The translations under genes and the position numbers were made by a program. From the human T2T-CHM13v2.0 reference genome, Homo sapiens, in the NCBI RefSeq assembly GCF_009914755.1, contig NC_060927.1: 64,000 nt of DNA. One strand, given 5' to 3'. This document shows positions 37,151 through 51,032 of this stretch, in pieces. The notes under the pieces are model-generated. The model was not told the DNA's origin. It worked only from the letters and a program-made list of their open reading frames with translations, and ran no database searches. Positions within the stretch are counted from its first letter, which is position 1. Each line of letters starts with the position of its first letter.

Positions 37151-37179
37151 GCGTTCCACAGCAGTGGTTTCTTTTCAAG

Positions 37180-37827
37180 TATTCATTAATTCAACAAGCA
37201 TTTACTTTAGTATTATTATGTGCCAGTAAATGTGCTAGGTTCTAATGGTATATCAATTAATATAAGAGGGCTGAGGAGCCAGCCATGCCGTGGGCAGCAG
37301 GGGTGAGACCAGGGAGAGGGAAGAGCATGGTCAAAGTAGGGAAAAGCATCCCATACGGGAACTTAAGGAAAGGTTGTGGGGCCAGAGCAAGGTGGATGAG
37401 AAGAGAAGTAGGATTCTATTAGAAAAGAAGTAAATCACTTTAGTCTATGTAGGTTTTCATTTTGTGCAAAGTGCAAGGGAAAGCCATTAACAGGGTTTTA
37501 CGCTACAGAATAGGGGGATCAGACTTACACTTTTAAGAAGCTTCTCTGTCCGCATTGTGGAAAATGGATTGTAGAAGCAAAAGTGGATATGGAGAGACAT
37601 AGAAGGCTGTTGTCACAGAATCATCTAGAAACAATGGTGGCTAGGTGGCCATGCTGGAGGTGGTGGAATGGTGTTTCAGAAGCTGAGTTGACAGGATTGG
37701 TGTTGGAGTAAATGTGGGAGTGGATGAAAAAGGCAGAACCTGGAGATGACTCCTCTGGCAGATGGGGGGCTCTTTTCTAAGATGAGAAAGACTGGAAGAG
37801 AAAGAGTTGAAATCAAGAGCTCAGGAA
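37180..37827 (-). mobile_element. L2 3' fragment
   Basis: attcattaattcaacaagcattt...tatgtgccagt antisense L2 tail followed by L2 body. Confidence 0.6.
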
Positions 37828-38142
<315 letters not shown>

Positions 38143-39229
38143 TGAAAGGTGATCTTAAGCATCCACCTTTGTGTATAATCAAAATATGACTTGACTAGCC
38201 TCACAATGGGAGACAATAATAGAACTCCCAGAATGCTTTAAAATCTGAGCAAAAAGAAAGCATATTATCTTCCTAGGAGGGGACTCCAAAGAGGGAATAA
38301 CTCCTACAATTTCCCTCCCAATGCAGGATCCCCTGGTGTAGTTGCAACAGAGAAAAGTTTGTCAGAGAGCACCTGAGGCAGTCAAACAGACATCCTTTGC
38401 CCAGCCAGCAATAGCATGGGAGGGAAGCCCAATCTCTCTGGTCCCTAGAAGCACGCAGAACTTAGCTGAAAGGGAGTCCTTGAAGCGTCCTGGGGTCAGA
38501 ACAAGGAACCTCCCTGCAGCAGAGCACTTTGCAGCCAGCCACCAAATGGTAACACTGACATCTCCGATGATGGTAGCAAGAAGTGATACCAAAGGCCAAA
38601 CACCAGACTGAATGAGTGACATCTCAGTTAGTGAATGCATGTATGGAGAAAAGATAGCTTGGACCAGCATCAGGACATTGACAATGACGCTCACTTGGAG
38701 AAGAAGGCAGGGGAGTTAATTAATTAATCTAGTTAATTAATTCCTTTAACATCTAAAACAATAGAATGAAGGTGACTACATTTGTCAGGAAACTATTACA
38801 ATTATGTATGTTGCCTTTAAGTAGACTATGGATTGATGAGTTTTGAAAAGTAGTTATATTTATTCAAACAGCTAGGTAAATTTACCTGCATATTTGTACT
38901 GAGTACAACAGTAAGGATTCATTGGCCTTTGTCCCTCAAACCCTTTCACAATCTTCTGGGAGGTTCTGCAAAGCATTTCACATGAACTCATGAACGACTC
39001 TACCAATGCCATTCAGCTCATTCAACAACTACCCCTAGTTGCATTACCAGGGTTGCTTCCCCTAAGAAGGGATCTCAAAGTAGGGCTGCTTGGACCTTGA
39101 TATCTTATGATGACTTGAATCCAGTAACTTTTCACTTTGAGCTCTCAGACACAGACACATCCCCTCTGCCAAACACATCTACATCCACCATATGACTCAG
39201 CTACATGTCTAATAGAAGTTACGCTGAGA

Positions 39230-39486
39230 GGCTTGGCATGGTGGCTCATGCCTGTAATCCCAGCAATTTGGGAGGACGAAGGAAGCGGATCACTTAAGGT
39301 CAAGAGTTCAAGACCAGCCTGGCCAACATGGTGAAACCCCATCTCTACTAAAAATACAAAAATTAGCCAGATGTGGTGGCAGGTGCCTGTCATCCCAGCT
39401 ACTTGGGAGGCTGAGGCAGGAGAATTGCTTTAACCTGGGAGGCAGAGGCTGCAGTGAGCTGAGATTGCACCATTGCACTCCAGCCT
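39230..39486 (+). mobile_element. AluS lacking its 3' end and poly(A)
   Basis: Alu sequence stops abruptly at cattgcactccagcct; no tail and no TSD. Confidence 0.92.
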
Positions 39487-40409
39487 TGTATGCTCTTGCA
39501 CTCAAACAAGAAATCTTCATTACTGGATGAAAATCAAATTCCTTTGAGAATAAATTATCTCACCAAGAAGACCATTGGTCTCTCTAGAAAGAAACTTCTA
39601 GCAGGCATACCAGCATATCTGTTATGCTTATTTGTCTAAGTCTCTTTGACTCAAGCTAGACCCCAACCACTCAAATAACTGACAAAAGTCTTAGAAATTG
39701 TCGCCCAGGTACGAAGAAGCTGAGCACCTGGTTAGGCTTTTGGAAAAAGAATTTTGATGCAACTGGGTTCTTATGGTGACTGTCCCTTCACAGATTTTTT
39801 TAATGCAAGTGTCACCAAACCCATTATAAAGACAACCAGTGACCATAATGACATGTTTATGCAGTGTTGCCAACCACTGACTCTTGAATAACCAGATGGG
39901 CTCTGTACTGAGGTTCTCCTCTTCTTCCTCCTTTTTATCCTTCTTTTTTTGCCTGTAACTCCAGGGTAGAATTTAGGTGGTAGCTTACATATCATTTCTT
40001 CTTTCATTCATTCACTCAGAAAATATTTAAGGAGGGCCTCTTAAGTGCCAAGCTTTGGTTCTAGGTTGCTTGCAAAACATCAGTAAAAAAGACAAAAAGG
40101 TCATTGAGCTGATATTCTAAAGGGGGTGGGTGAAGGAAAATAGACAATACAAAAATCATTTGCTATGGTTAAAATAATCCAGAGTGATTGGATAAAGAAC
40201 ACCTAGGGGAGTAGCATAGTTCTTTCTGTAGTCTTAGCAGAATCTAACTTCAAAATCAGAACTATTATGCCTCCAGACTTAGCCAATTATTTGCATCATC
40301 CTACCCTTTGCAATTTTAGGTGACTGATCTATGTGGGGAATTGTAATATCATTAATAGTTATTCATTTTAAACTCTAAACTCACCACTGCCATGAGACCA
40401 ATTTAACAG

Positions 40410-40630
40410 CATGGTATACGTAACGGTACAGTGGGTGAGAAGGGGTACAGGCTTCAAAGTCAAGTACAGGAGGGCTCCAGTCCCTCATCTGCATCTTGCT
40501 ATCTTGGTGCCCTTGGGCAAGTCACTTGATTTCATGAAACCTCATTTTACTTATCTGCAAGATCACGGTAGGAACACTTAACTCGAAGTTTTGTTATACA
40601 GAGCAAAATGATAATAAAATTAAATCACAT
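40410..40630 (+). mobile_element. MIR
   Basis: ccttgggcaagtcacttgatttcatgaaacctcattttacttatctgcaa. Confidence 0.7.
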
Positions 40631-41477
40631 ATGTTTACTTGTTTTGATTGAAGAATCTAAACTCATTAAACTATAAACATGGAATTATTTTCCCATCTTC
40701 CCAAATAATACCTATCAAATGTCTCCTTTCACCTTCTTTTTACCTAGGTACAAGCTCCTTATAGATCTCTCACCTCATTCTTATGACATTTCTTCAGTTT
40801 GGGTTAAGATTTTCTTATATTTATTTAAACACCTCCCTCTTCCACAAAAGCAGGACACACTACTGACTAGAAGTGTTTGAGGGTAGGGAGGAAGGGGTGT
40901 GTTCTCCAGAGAAAGCACTCTCCATCGAAGCTTCAGCAGCAGTGAGAGGAGGCAGGGAGAGAAATAGTTACTGGAGCAACCACGATGGTGGGTGACAGGC
41001 CCACCATTCTCTTTCTTTAGGTTGTTGCTATTTTCTCTGTTGAACATTGACTACTTGGCAATTTCACCTTTGAGAGAGTTATCCAAGCATTGGCTCTTTG
41101 TACGTTCTTGGAGGGCCTTTTGGGCCTCTCCCACTGCATGTCCCTTGGCTAGGAGACCAGGTTATAGCTAAGGCTATTCCTTCTTGCCTTAACACCAGCT
41201 GGAGCAGAAAGGTATCTACAGTACTGCCTAAATCACAGCCACAATTAGTGGTGTTTTTCCAACTCATAGGAAATTCCCATGTTCTTACTAAATATAGGGT
41301 TTAAAGCTGAGCCCCTGACATTCCACTCACACCTCTGACATCTCTCTCCTGCCCTTTTATCCAAGCTCAGAATTACCAGATAGTAGGTTAGCTCATGGTT
41401 CAGCAGCTTTCAGAAAGGAGAAGGTCATGAGCTGTAGACCTTTTGGAAAGGAAATAATTCAGGCATTCACTACCAAC

Positions 41478-41807
41478 ACCCACTCAGAATTCATACATTG
41501 AAATCCTAACCACTAATGTGATGGTATTAGGAAGCAGAGCCTTTGGGAAGTGATTGGTCATGAGAGTGCAGCCTCCATGAATGAAACAAGTGCCCTTACA
41601 AAAGAGACCAGGGAGAGCTCTCTCACCCTCCTTCCATCATGTGCACATACAAAGAAGTCAGCAGTCTAGACCCCGGAAGAGGGCCTCCACCAGATACTGA
41701 TCATGTTGCCACCCTGATCTCAAACTTCCAGCCTCTAGAACTGTGAAAAATAAATAAGCCACCTAGTCTATGGTATTTTGTTATAGCAACTCAAACTGAC
41801 TCAGAGA
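41478..41807 (+). mobile_element. MaLR solo LTR (MLT1A-like)
   Basis: gaaatcctaacc...gtgatggtattagg...cttccagcctctagaactgtg...gtattttgttatagca. Confidence 0.85.
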
Positions 41808-42565
41808 TCTACTTAATACACCAATGTCAAAATCTATTTCTGAGGCTTAAGACACATCTCACCACTCCTAACATTAATGTCAAAATCCTTATACCAGGGC
41901 CTGTCAGTCACCACAGAATCTGATCCAGACCACAACTCCAGCTCTGTCCCATGCCATTCCCACCCCTTGCTGCCTGTATTCCTGCCCCACTATCTTCTTT
42001 AAGATCATCAAACTGCCAGGCTACTCTTCATCTCAGTATAAAAATAGACAAAGAGTCTTCAAGACAGAATTCTGAGGAACACCAATATTTTACTGTAGAT
42101 TAAAAGAAGGAGAAGACAGTAAAGAAAACAGAAGTATCCAGTGAAGTAGAAAAAAAAAAACAGAAAATATGTTATGGCAGAAGCAAAATAACGAATGCAT
42201 TTCTAAGTAAAATAAGTGGTTTACCTAATTAAATGCTGCTAAATGAAGCCCAAGAATTTGACCAGCTAGAAGAGACTGGAGACCTTGAAATAAATGTTCT
42301 GGTAGAGAGATGAGGTCAGAAGGTAGATTGAAGTACCATAAAGATGAGTGGGAGGGAAAGAATGAGATAATCTTATTTGATAGCAGGAGTAATATTTATT
42401 AGCACTTAAATTATTTTAATTTAAAGTGGCTTTAACTCTTTGCCAAGCACTATGCTAAGCACTTTGCAAGCATTTTCTCATTAAGTCCTCACTGTAACAC
42501 TATTTGGCAAGGAAACTAAAATTTAGAGGGACTAAATAAATTGCACAACCACACAGCTAAAAAGC

Positions 42566-43078
42566 TGTGGGAGACTGAATAATGGCCCCCAAATATATCC
42601 AGGTCCTAATCCCTGGAACTCGTAGTGTTACTTTATATTAAAAAAAAAAAAAGGCTTTACCGATGTGATTAAGGATCTTGAAATGGAAACATTAACTTGG
42701 GTTATCAAGGTGGGCCCTAAATATGCTCAAAAGTGTCCCAAGAGGGAGGCAGAAGGAGATTTGACACAAAAGAGAGAAGACAATGTCATGGCCTCAGCAG
42801 AGAGGGAGATTTGAAGATGCTACAGTGCTGGCTTTGAAGGATGGGGTGGGGAGCAAAAGAATGCAAGGAATGCAATTCTAAAAGTTGGAAAAGGCGAGGA
42901 AACAGATACACTTAGAGCCTTCATAGGGAGGACAGCTCTGAAATTAAGATATCTTAACTTCAGCCCAGGAAATGGGTTTCAGAATTCTGACCTCCAGAAC
43001 TAAAAAATAATAAATGCCTGTTGCTTTAAGCCACCAAATTTGGATTATTTGTTACAGAAACCACTGGAAACTAATATA
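42566..43078 (+). mobile_element. MaLR solo LTR (MLT1D-like), inserted in a MIR
   Basis: tgtgggagactgaataatggcccccaaa...ctgacctccagaac...ggaaactaatata; MIR sequence on the left (about 42380-42565). Confidence 0.85.
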
Positions 43079-44496
43079 GAAGTGATCATAATTCGATCTC
43101 CAATATAGTTCTACAACAAATCTAAGGGTCACACATATGGAAGGAAAACACAGAAAGGGCAGGAGGAAAAAGAAAGAGATAGAGAAGAATACAGAACAGA
43201 GAATTGAAGGGAAGAGGAAGAGAGGGGAGGGGAAAAAGTGTGAGGAGTTGCGAACAGGAGCAGAGAGAATAAGACCCCAAACATTGTTAAAGTCCATGGC
43301 AACTTCATCTTAAGGACTATTATCCCCACCTGAGTCAGAATGAGTTGGCATTGGCCCATAGCTACAAGTTATCTCCAGGGGGTAAAATTCCAGTGCAGAA
43401 TAACCTATAAATACTGTGGCATCGCAGCTAGAGAGAAAACAGATTGATGTAGTCCTAGTTTGGAGGTCAATTGGCTCAGTAACTGTTAGAAGCAGCCAAC
43501 AGTTAAAGACACAAATATTACACGGTTGGAGATAAAGTTCCAAAAAGAACAAATTGATTCATTTTGTACCACGAACTCAACTCAAAGTAAAGCCCTACTT
43601 CGCTTTTTAAGATATATTTTGTAAGGTTTTCATTTTTTGTTTTATGTTATTATCCTGTTATGACTTATTAATGGCTATCATTTGCTATAGTGAAATCGTA
43701 TTGAGACTTTTCACTCAAATGCTCTAAATAATTAATCTATTTTCAAGAACGCTTTATAAATGCATTGTTATTTAATTATCTTATTTAATTTCATGTTTAA
43801 ATAATGCTCTGGTATATATGAATCAATGGCCACATCTTAAAAGACATACCTGTATCCAATATTCAATAAAAGAAAAGGAAATTTAGCAGGAAAATGAATG
43901 ATTTGTGTGTCTAACACCACCATTTAAACAACCTGAAACTCACGGCAACATTTGTCCCTTAGGTTCAAGGATGTATCCGAGGGTAGTCATGAAAATTCAA
44001 TTCTTAACGCTGACTTGCTGTGCTCTCACAGGATTCTTTTCCTAGTTAGAGTTACAACATTTTTCCTTAGGAAATGAGACAATGCATTTTGAAGTTCTCT
44101 AAGGTTAGGAAGAGATTAGGGAAGAAACATTTGCAGTCCATATATAGATTCTAAATACCCATAGAATGATGATTTTCCTAATTTTCTAACAAATATTTCT
44201 TATATTATGGAGCTAAAAGCTACATTTTTAAGGGAGAATTGAGAATAAGGAGAAATGGTAAGGTACATTTGTGGGAAGAAACGCATTTAATTCAGTCTCT
44301 CCCTTTCAAAAACAGAAAGGGAAACAGCAATCAACACAACATATGGAGTATCTGTTTTTCGATAAAAATGCCAGGTAAAGAGGTCTTATTTAAATCCACA
44401 CAGACAGTATTATCCTCCCCTTCTGAAGATTGTTTTTCCCCAGGCACAAAAGGTCAGGCATATTGTTGAGTCTGTTACCCAAAGACCCGAGTAACA

Positions 44497-44510
44497 GTGA
44501 CATCTAGTGG
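44497..44510 (-). promoter_or_regulatory. Candidate CTCF site
   Basis: Minus strand CCACTAGATGTCAC, one mismatch to CCASYAGRKGGCRS, inside a local CpG cluster. Confidence 0.4.
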
Positions 44511-46179
44511 TGCACGGTGATATAGGACGTAGAAACGCAAACGCTTGCTGAGAGCCCAGAGCAAAAAACCCTAGAAGGAAGCTGCTAAATTTAAAGTTTC
44601 CTGATTTCTGTGGCAACAAAATTGTATTCTAATGTAATCAGTTACTCCTGTCTCACAGGGAATGATATTGTTCTGGGTCAACATTTGGGACATGGAAAAG
44701 TCACTTCGTATTCACTGCTGGGGAAATGAGGAAACCTATAGTCAAATCCCACCACTTTGGTTTTGGAATTGGAAATGTAACAATATTGCTGGGATTTTTT
44801 TTTTAAGAGCATCATCAATCTGACCACAAAAGGTTATGCTCCTCAGACAGGAGAAAGGCAACTGAATACGCTTGTAAATGCCAATCCTAAAAATCTATCC
44901 AAAGATATTAAATTTCTCATTTTTAAATTTTATTTCTCTACAGACTATTTTCTCGTGTCTAAAAAAGAGGCCATCTCAGGCCGCTCTGTAGCAGCTCAAA
45001 CTCTGGCACTCAGCCCATTGCCTTAGACCTACTGGCTACACCGTTCTGCCCTTCTCTGCTGCAGGTGCCAGCCACAGCATCCTTTTGTCTGGTTGCCAAA
45101 TCAGTAATCTCTCTTGGCATCTGCCTTTTCTACCCCCTTCCCCCATTCTCCCCCTCCATCAAGAAATCTAATTCCAAGTTGGCAGGCAGAAGGTCAGAAA
45201 TCTTTGAAAGCCTCAGCTTCCACCGCCCACTCTCGAGTCTCGCCTCTGTGCATTCTGCCAAATGCCAACTTACTTTTCTCCCTCCTCCATAACATCCTGT
45301 ATCTCTGGAACGCTGAGGTTGTCACCTGAATCTTGCCCTCACATCTGCTTCCTTCCCCTCCCTCGGCAGCAGGGCCCTCTTTCATTAGTAACATCCTGCC
45401 GCGTCTCCCCAAGGCTCAGCACATCTTGTCATCCGTCCCTGGCATACACAGTCTCTTCCTAGTTATCAACTTTGGGACTCGCCTCCATCAGAGGTATCTG
45501 GAGACCAGAGCTGGCCCAGAGCAACTGGGGAAGGCAAGCTGACGGCCCCCTGAAATCCACATAATTGCATCTTTGAAAAGTGGGCCACATGACAGCAAAG
45601 AACTGAAAACTAGTGTGACAGAGAAGACAAAAGACAAAAATCACACCCAACTCCAATAGATGACAGTTTTGTTTCTTTGTTTACATTTTGAAGTGACATG
45701 TTCAGGGAGACTTTAGAATAGTCTTTTAGGGAAAAAAAATTAATATCTTGCATGATTTGTTCACTATGAAAGAATTTTTTAAAACACATGCACTAGGAAT
45801 TTTATATCATTTTTTAGTTTTAAAAAGATGACCATGTCAGTGTTTCATTTTGAAGCTACGAATTGCATATAAATTATATCAACAAAAATAGGATTCTCAT
45901 CTCAATTGTTTCTAACCTCTTGTAACCACTGTGCCATCCTTATTGCTTCTCTCTAAAAATAGCAAAGTCGGAGCTAACTTAAAAAGAAGTAATAAGAAAA
46001 AGACAGCAGTAGAAAAGCTGAAAAGAAATTAAAGGCAAGTATTACCTCTCATAAATATCCACTAAGCAGAAGCTGAACAAATTAACTTCAAAACCATTGA
46101 AACTAGGGAAATACCCTCTTGCAGCAAGTCAGAAGATGAAAAAAATCACTAGTAAGAAAACGTGAAGTTAGATAAAGTC

Positions 46180-46473
<294 letters not shown>

Positions 46474-47178
46474 ATAGATAAAAGTCTTTAAAATGCACTT
46501 TAGAGATATTATTACTGCCGTGTTGCTCTGTTTCACATGTAGCATAGTGTTAAGACTCTTCACAAAATTGTTTAAACTGGGTTATTATATGAAAATCATT
46601 TAGAGCCACCTAATTCTTTAACTTATGATGAAACAGAAGTCCAAAGATTAAGTTTTGTTTTGTTTTGTTTTTTTTTGCAATAGCAAAGCAGAAACCAGAA
46701 CCTAACTTTCCAATTCCCAATCCTGTATTATATGCACACCTATGTAGCATTTTTAAATATTAAAAAATATGATTGCATTGAATAGATGATTTCTGCCTTA
46801 CTCAATTTTCCATTTCTAAAATAAACATGATTGCAATCATGAAATCCTAACTATTCACCACTAAATCAATGAAATCCTATGATTTGGCACAGGATTGGAA
46901 CAAAAGAAAAAATAAGCCCTTTAGAAAAAGCCCTTAAAATGTCGAAATCGCATCATATCAGACAACACTCTTTCCCAGAGTGTATAAAAGGAAAAACAAA
47001 AGAATATAGACTCAGACTAAGCTGAAGAACCAAATCTGGAAAGAGTGACATTGATTTCAAGGATCAGACTTCATATATTGAGGGTCCATGTGGGTGGAAG
47101 TGTTGGGCAAGCACACTGTGTTTGGAACTACCTTTAAACTCACCATGTTTTATTTGTGTTACTAAGACATTCAGGTTG

Positions 47179-47577
47179 TGTATTAGTCTGTTCTCACAGA
47201 CTATACAGAACCACCTGAGACTGGGTAATTTGTAAAGAAAGGAGGTTTAATTGATTCACAGTTCCACAGACTGTACAGGAGGCATGGCTGGGGAGGCCTC
47301 AGGAAACTTACAATCATGGCAGAAGGGCAAACGGGAAGCAAGCACCTCTTCACATAACAGCAGGAGAGACAGCGCACGAAGACTGGGGGGTGCTACACAC
47401 TTTTCAAACAACCAGCTCTTGTGAGAACTCTATCACAAGACAGCACTAGGGTGATGGTGCTAAACCATTAGAAACCACCCCCGTGATCCAATCACCTCCC
47501 ACCAGGCCCCACCTCCAACACTCGAGATCACAATTCAACATGAGATTTGAGTGGGAACACAGAGCCAAAGCATATCA
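47179..47577 (-). mobile_element. MaLR solo LTR (MSTA-like)
   Basis: tgtattagtctgttctcac...ggaggcctcaggaaacttacaatcatggc...ccaaagcatatca; 5-bp TSD ggttg/gtttg. Confidence 0.88.
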
Positions 47578-50204
47578 GTTTGGGATGACAGAAAGCCAGT
47601 ATGTCAGCCAAAAACTAATGCTAAAGAGAAAAGTGCAAGGAATGAACAGCCTTCTGCTAGTTGAAAGAACAATGAAAGGTTTTGCCGTCTTCTATAACTT
47701 GAGTGATAGATTGATGGTGAGTGCTTGCCTATGGCAACAGCTCTCAAACACATTTTACATTATTCTTTTGAAAGTGGTATATCGAAATAATTTCCTAACC
47801 CCGAAACAAAGAATTCATTGAAACTGGTTGCTGTTTGGTAGAGAAAGAAACTACGGAGTTTCAATATACCTGAGGTGAAATCCCAACCTATCACTTCCTG
47901 GCTATGTGACTTCAAGCCCGGCCATTAACTTCACTAAACATCAGTTTCCTCCTTCATTTGGAGAAAACACACATCCATAGTCTCTTACATGAAGTTCTTG
48001 TGACTAGATTTCAAGGTTTTTTTAAATTTTATAATAACATAATGTCATGCATATACTGAATTTTATGTGACACCCCAATGTCTGAGGCAGTACTTAGTAA
48101 GCAAACATATTGATATTCCTTCAGTAAAATATATCAATAATCCACTGAAAGAGATAAATAAAATGTATTACTATTTTCATGGAATTCAAGTCAGGTATTG
48201 CCATCAAAACTACGAAAGGAACTTTCCAATATAGAGCCTCCTAGATTTTGGCATTGTGGATATGGGATTAGTGACATACAAATATATTCATCATAGAGTG
48301 ATTGCAACAAATGAATGACATATAGAGGATAGGCATCTGTGTGACTATCTAGGGTGAATTATAAATGGGCCCTCATGGAATCCAAGTACAAGCAAGGAAA
48401 ATCTTTGTTGAGCATGAATTCCTTCTCCTAAGATAACGAACATCCAGTTGTCAAGTGACCTGAGAGACACAACCAGAAAGGTCTTCCACTCTATATTCCC
48501 TTCATATCCTAGATCTCAGAGCCCCATGGGAGCTGGCTTCTTCGCAGCTCGGGGAAGGGGAAAAAGGGAAGGAGAACAGGGGAGAGAGGTGTACATCGGC
48601 AATGTTTTCTTTCATAAAATCTCCCCCTACCTTCTTTTTCCTCACTACTCCTGTAGGAACCCCCAGTGAAGAGGAAAGTGCTTTGTGGATTACAATTTTA
48701 AGGCACATTTGCTACAATGATTTCTTTAATCATGACAGTAGCCAATGAGGGGGAAAGTCTTAAACTACTGTTTGCATGTTTGCAGTTAGTGTCAGGATTT
48801 AGGTTTCATACTTTGTGTATTCCCTCTAGGAGGATAACATCATCCTGGGAATTTTTCTGCCTCATGTCAGATCCCTCCCAGGGTCCAGGAAGACCTCCGT
48901 CTCTTCTTAGTTCAAAGCTCACGTCTGCCTTTCCAAGCAACCCACTAGCTTCCTGTTTCTAATTTGAAGAACACCTCCAACTCTGCCCAGTGACTCATTC
49001 AAAAACATCCCACACACATCCCGTCTTCAATCCCCCTAGGGATCCACCTTCCTGAATTCTGTTACTATGGGTTTTACAATAGAAAATTGCTTCACAGTTT
49101 CAGCAGTAAAGGCAGCCATTCAGCTATCACAGTGAGCAAGGATTTGTTCTCTCATGGTTCCTGTGTAGCTTAATAGTAGTCATAGATACTGACAGATATC
49201 AAATCTGTCACTTATATACCTAAAATCACTGCGTGAAGATGCAGCTTCATTTGAATCTAAATTCTAATTTCCAAAAGCCCCAGTGACACCAACTGAGACA
49301 AGGGTTTGGGGGACAGAATAATTTCTGTGGAAAGGCAACCATTCACCAAATATCTTATGACTTAGACGTTGTGATTTTTAAACATCTTCTTTAAAAGACT
49401 ATAGTAAGTTAGGATAGGAGTAATCATTTTAAATAATACAGTAATTAAGAATGGCCAATTATGGCTGCTATCATTTTGGTTCAAATTCAAGACTCAGCAA
49501 TTGTGTGTGTGTGCATATATATATATACGCATGTATATATAGTCCTGTGTGTTCGCACATGTGCATGTAAACCTCATGCCTTAGATGAATTCAAAAAGCA
49601 TTAAAACATGGTTTATTCCAATATTGTTGCAAAGAGTGGTTTTCACAGGTAGCAGAGTTATCCAAGTATCTTCTACAAGAAAGACTAATTTATTATGACT
49701 ATTATTTTTAGCAATTTAACCATATTCTTATTATTTCATAGGCCATAATTTTAATTTGATTCTAAACTTCACCTGTGGGCCCACTGTCATTGTACATGTT
49801 ATACAAGTAGATTCCTTCTTCCACATTGTATAATGTGTTACTGTATGGCTACTGGGCTTCAGAACACCAGGTGGTGAACACTTGGAGAATTCAAGATGCC
49901 ATTACCATGGGGACAAGATGCTGGTCCTTCTCAATGCAATCAACACACTTCCTCTTTCAGAAATACTATTTCCACTGGAAAATAAATGAGCTTGGAAATG
50001 GAAGCTTTTAGTTTAAAAAATTAAAGACTATTTTCTTAAAACTATTTAATAGTGACAGTCGTGGTTGACACACAAAAGAGAAATATTTAGTAAGGCCTAG
50101 TTTTTAAAGACTTGCTTCTGACTTTTGCTTTCTTCACTGGCCAGTAGTAGGTGAGGGAACAATTTTTAAATATCCCGGGCTGCACTGCTCAAGTGTTTGT
50201 CCTA

Positions 50205-50670
50205 TGTGGTAGATTACAAAGTGACCATAAATTATTTCTCTTTCTTTTTCTATAGCCATTTGCACTTAACTTTGCAATTCTTGCCCTTTCTTCTTAAATA
50301 TGGGCTGCCACTGTGCTGTGTCTGACCTTATCTGACTGTGGCAGAGCTACAAGTGTACCAGTACCATACTCTGGGTCCAAGAACCTTGCATTCTTCCACT
50401 CTTTTTCTCAGGATCCTGACCAGTTTCCATGTGAACATACCTGGGCTGTCTTGAAGGAAGATGAGAGACGTGGCCCAGGCATCTCCATCTTCACCCCAGC
50501 CTACAGCCAGCCAACCCTCAGAAGCAGAACTGCCTAGATAATAGGCAGCAGACTGCAGACTAGTGAAACCAGAAACACCACTGACCCACCGAATCATGAG
50601 CTCAATAAACTCACGTTTTAAGCTACTAAAATTTTTACATGGTTTGTTATGTAACAAAAAGCAACTATAT
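50205..50670 (+). mobile_element. Old MaLR solo LTR (MLT1G/H-like)
   Basis: tgtggtagattacaaag start; gaatcatgagctcaataaa...ttttaagctactaaa...ggtttgttatg end. Confidence 0.65.
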
Positions 50671-50740
50671 ATCATATTCTTCTTCATTAGTTCTATCAGT
50701 TTTGAAGGACATATTTGTAAATACAAAGATGCTGCTGGAT

Positions 50741-51032
<292 letters not shown>

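Noticed and set aside
39193-39201. TGACTCAGC (AP-1/ARE) and other isolated AP-1 or octamer matches
   Set aside because: Several such matches are expected by chance in 64 kb.
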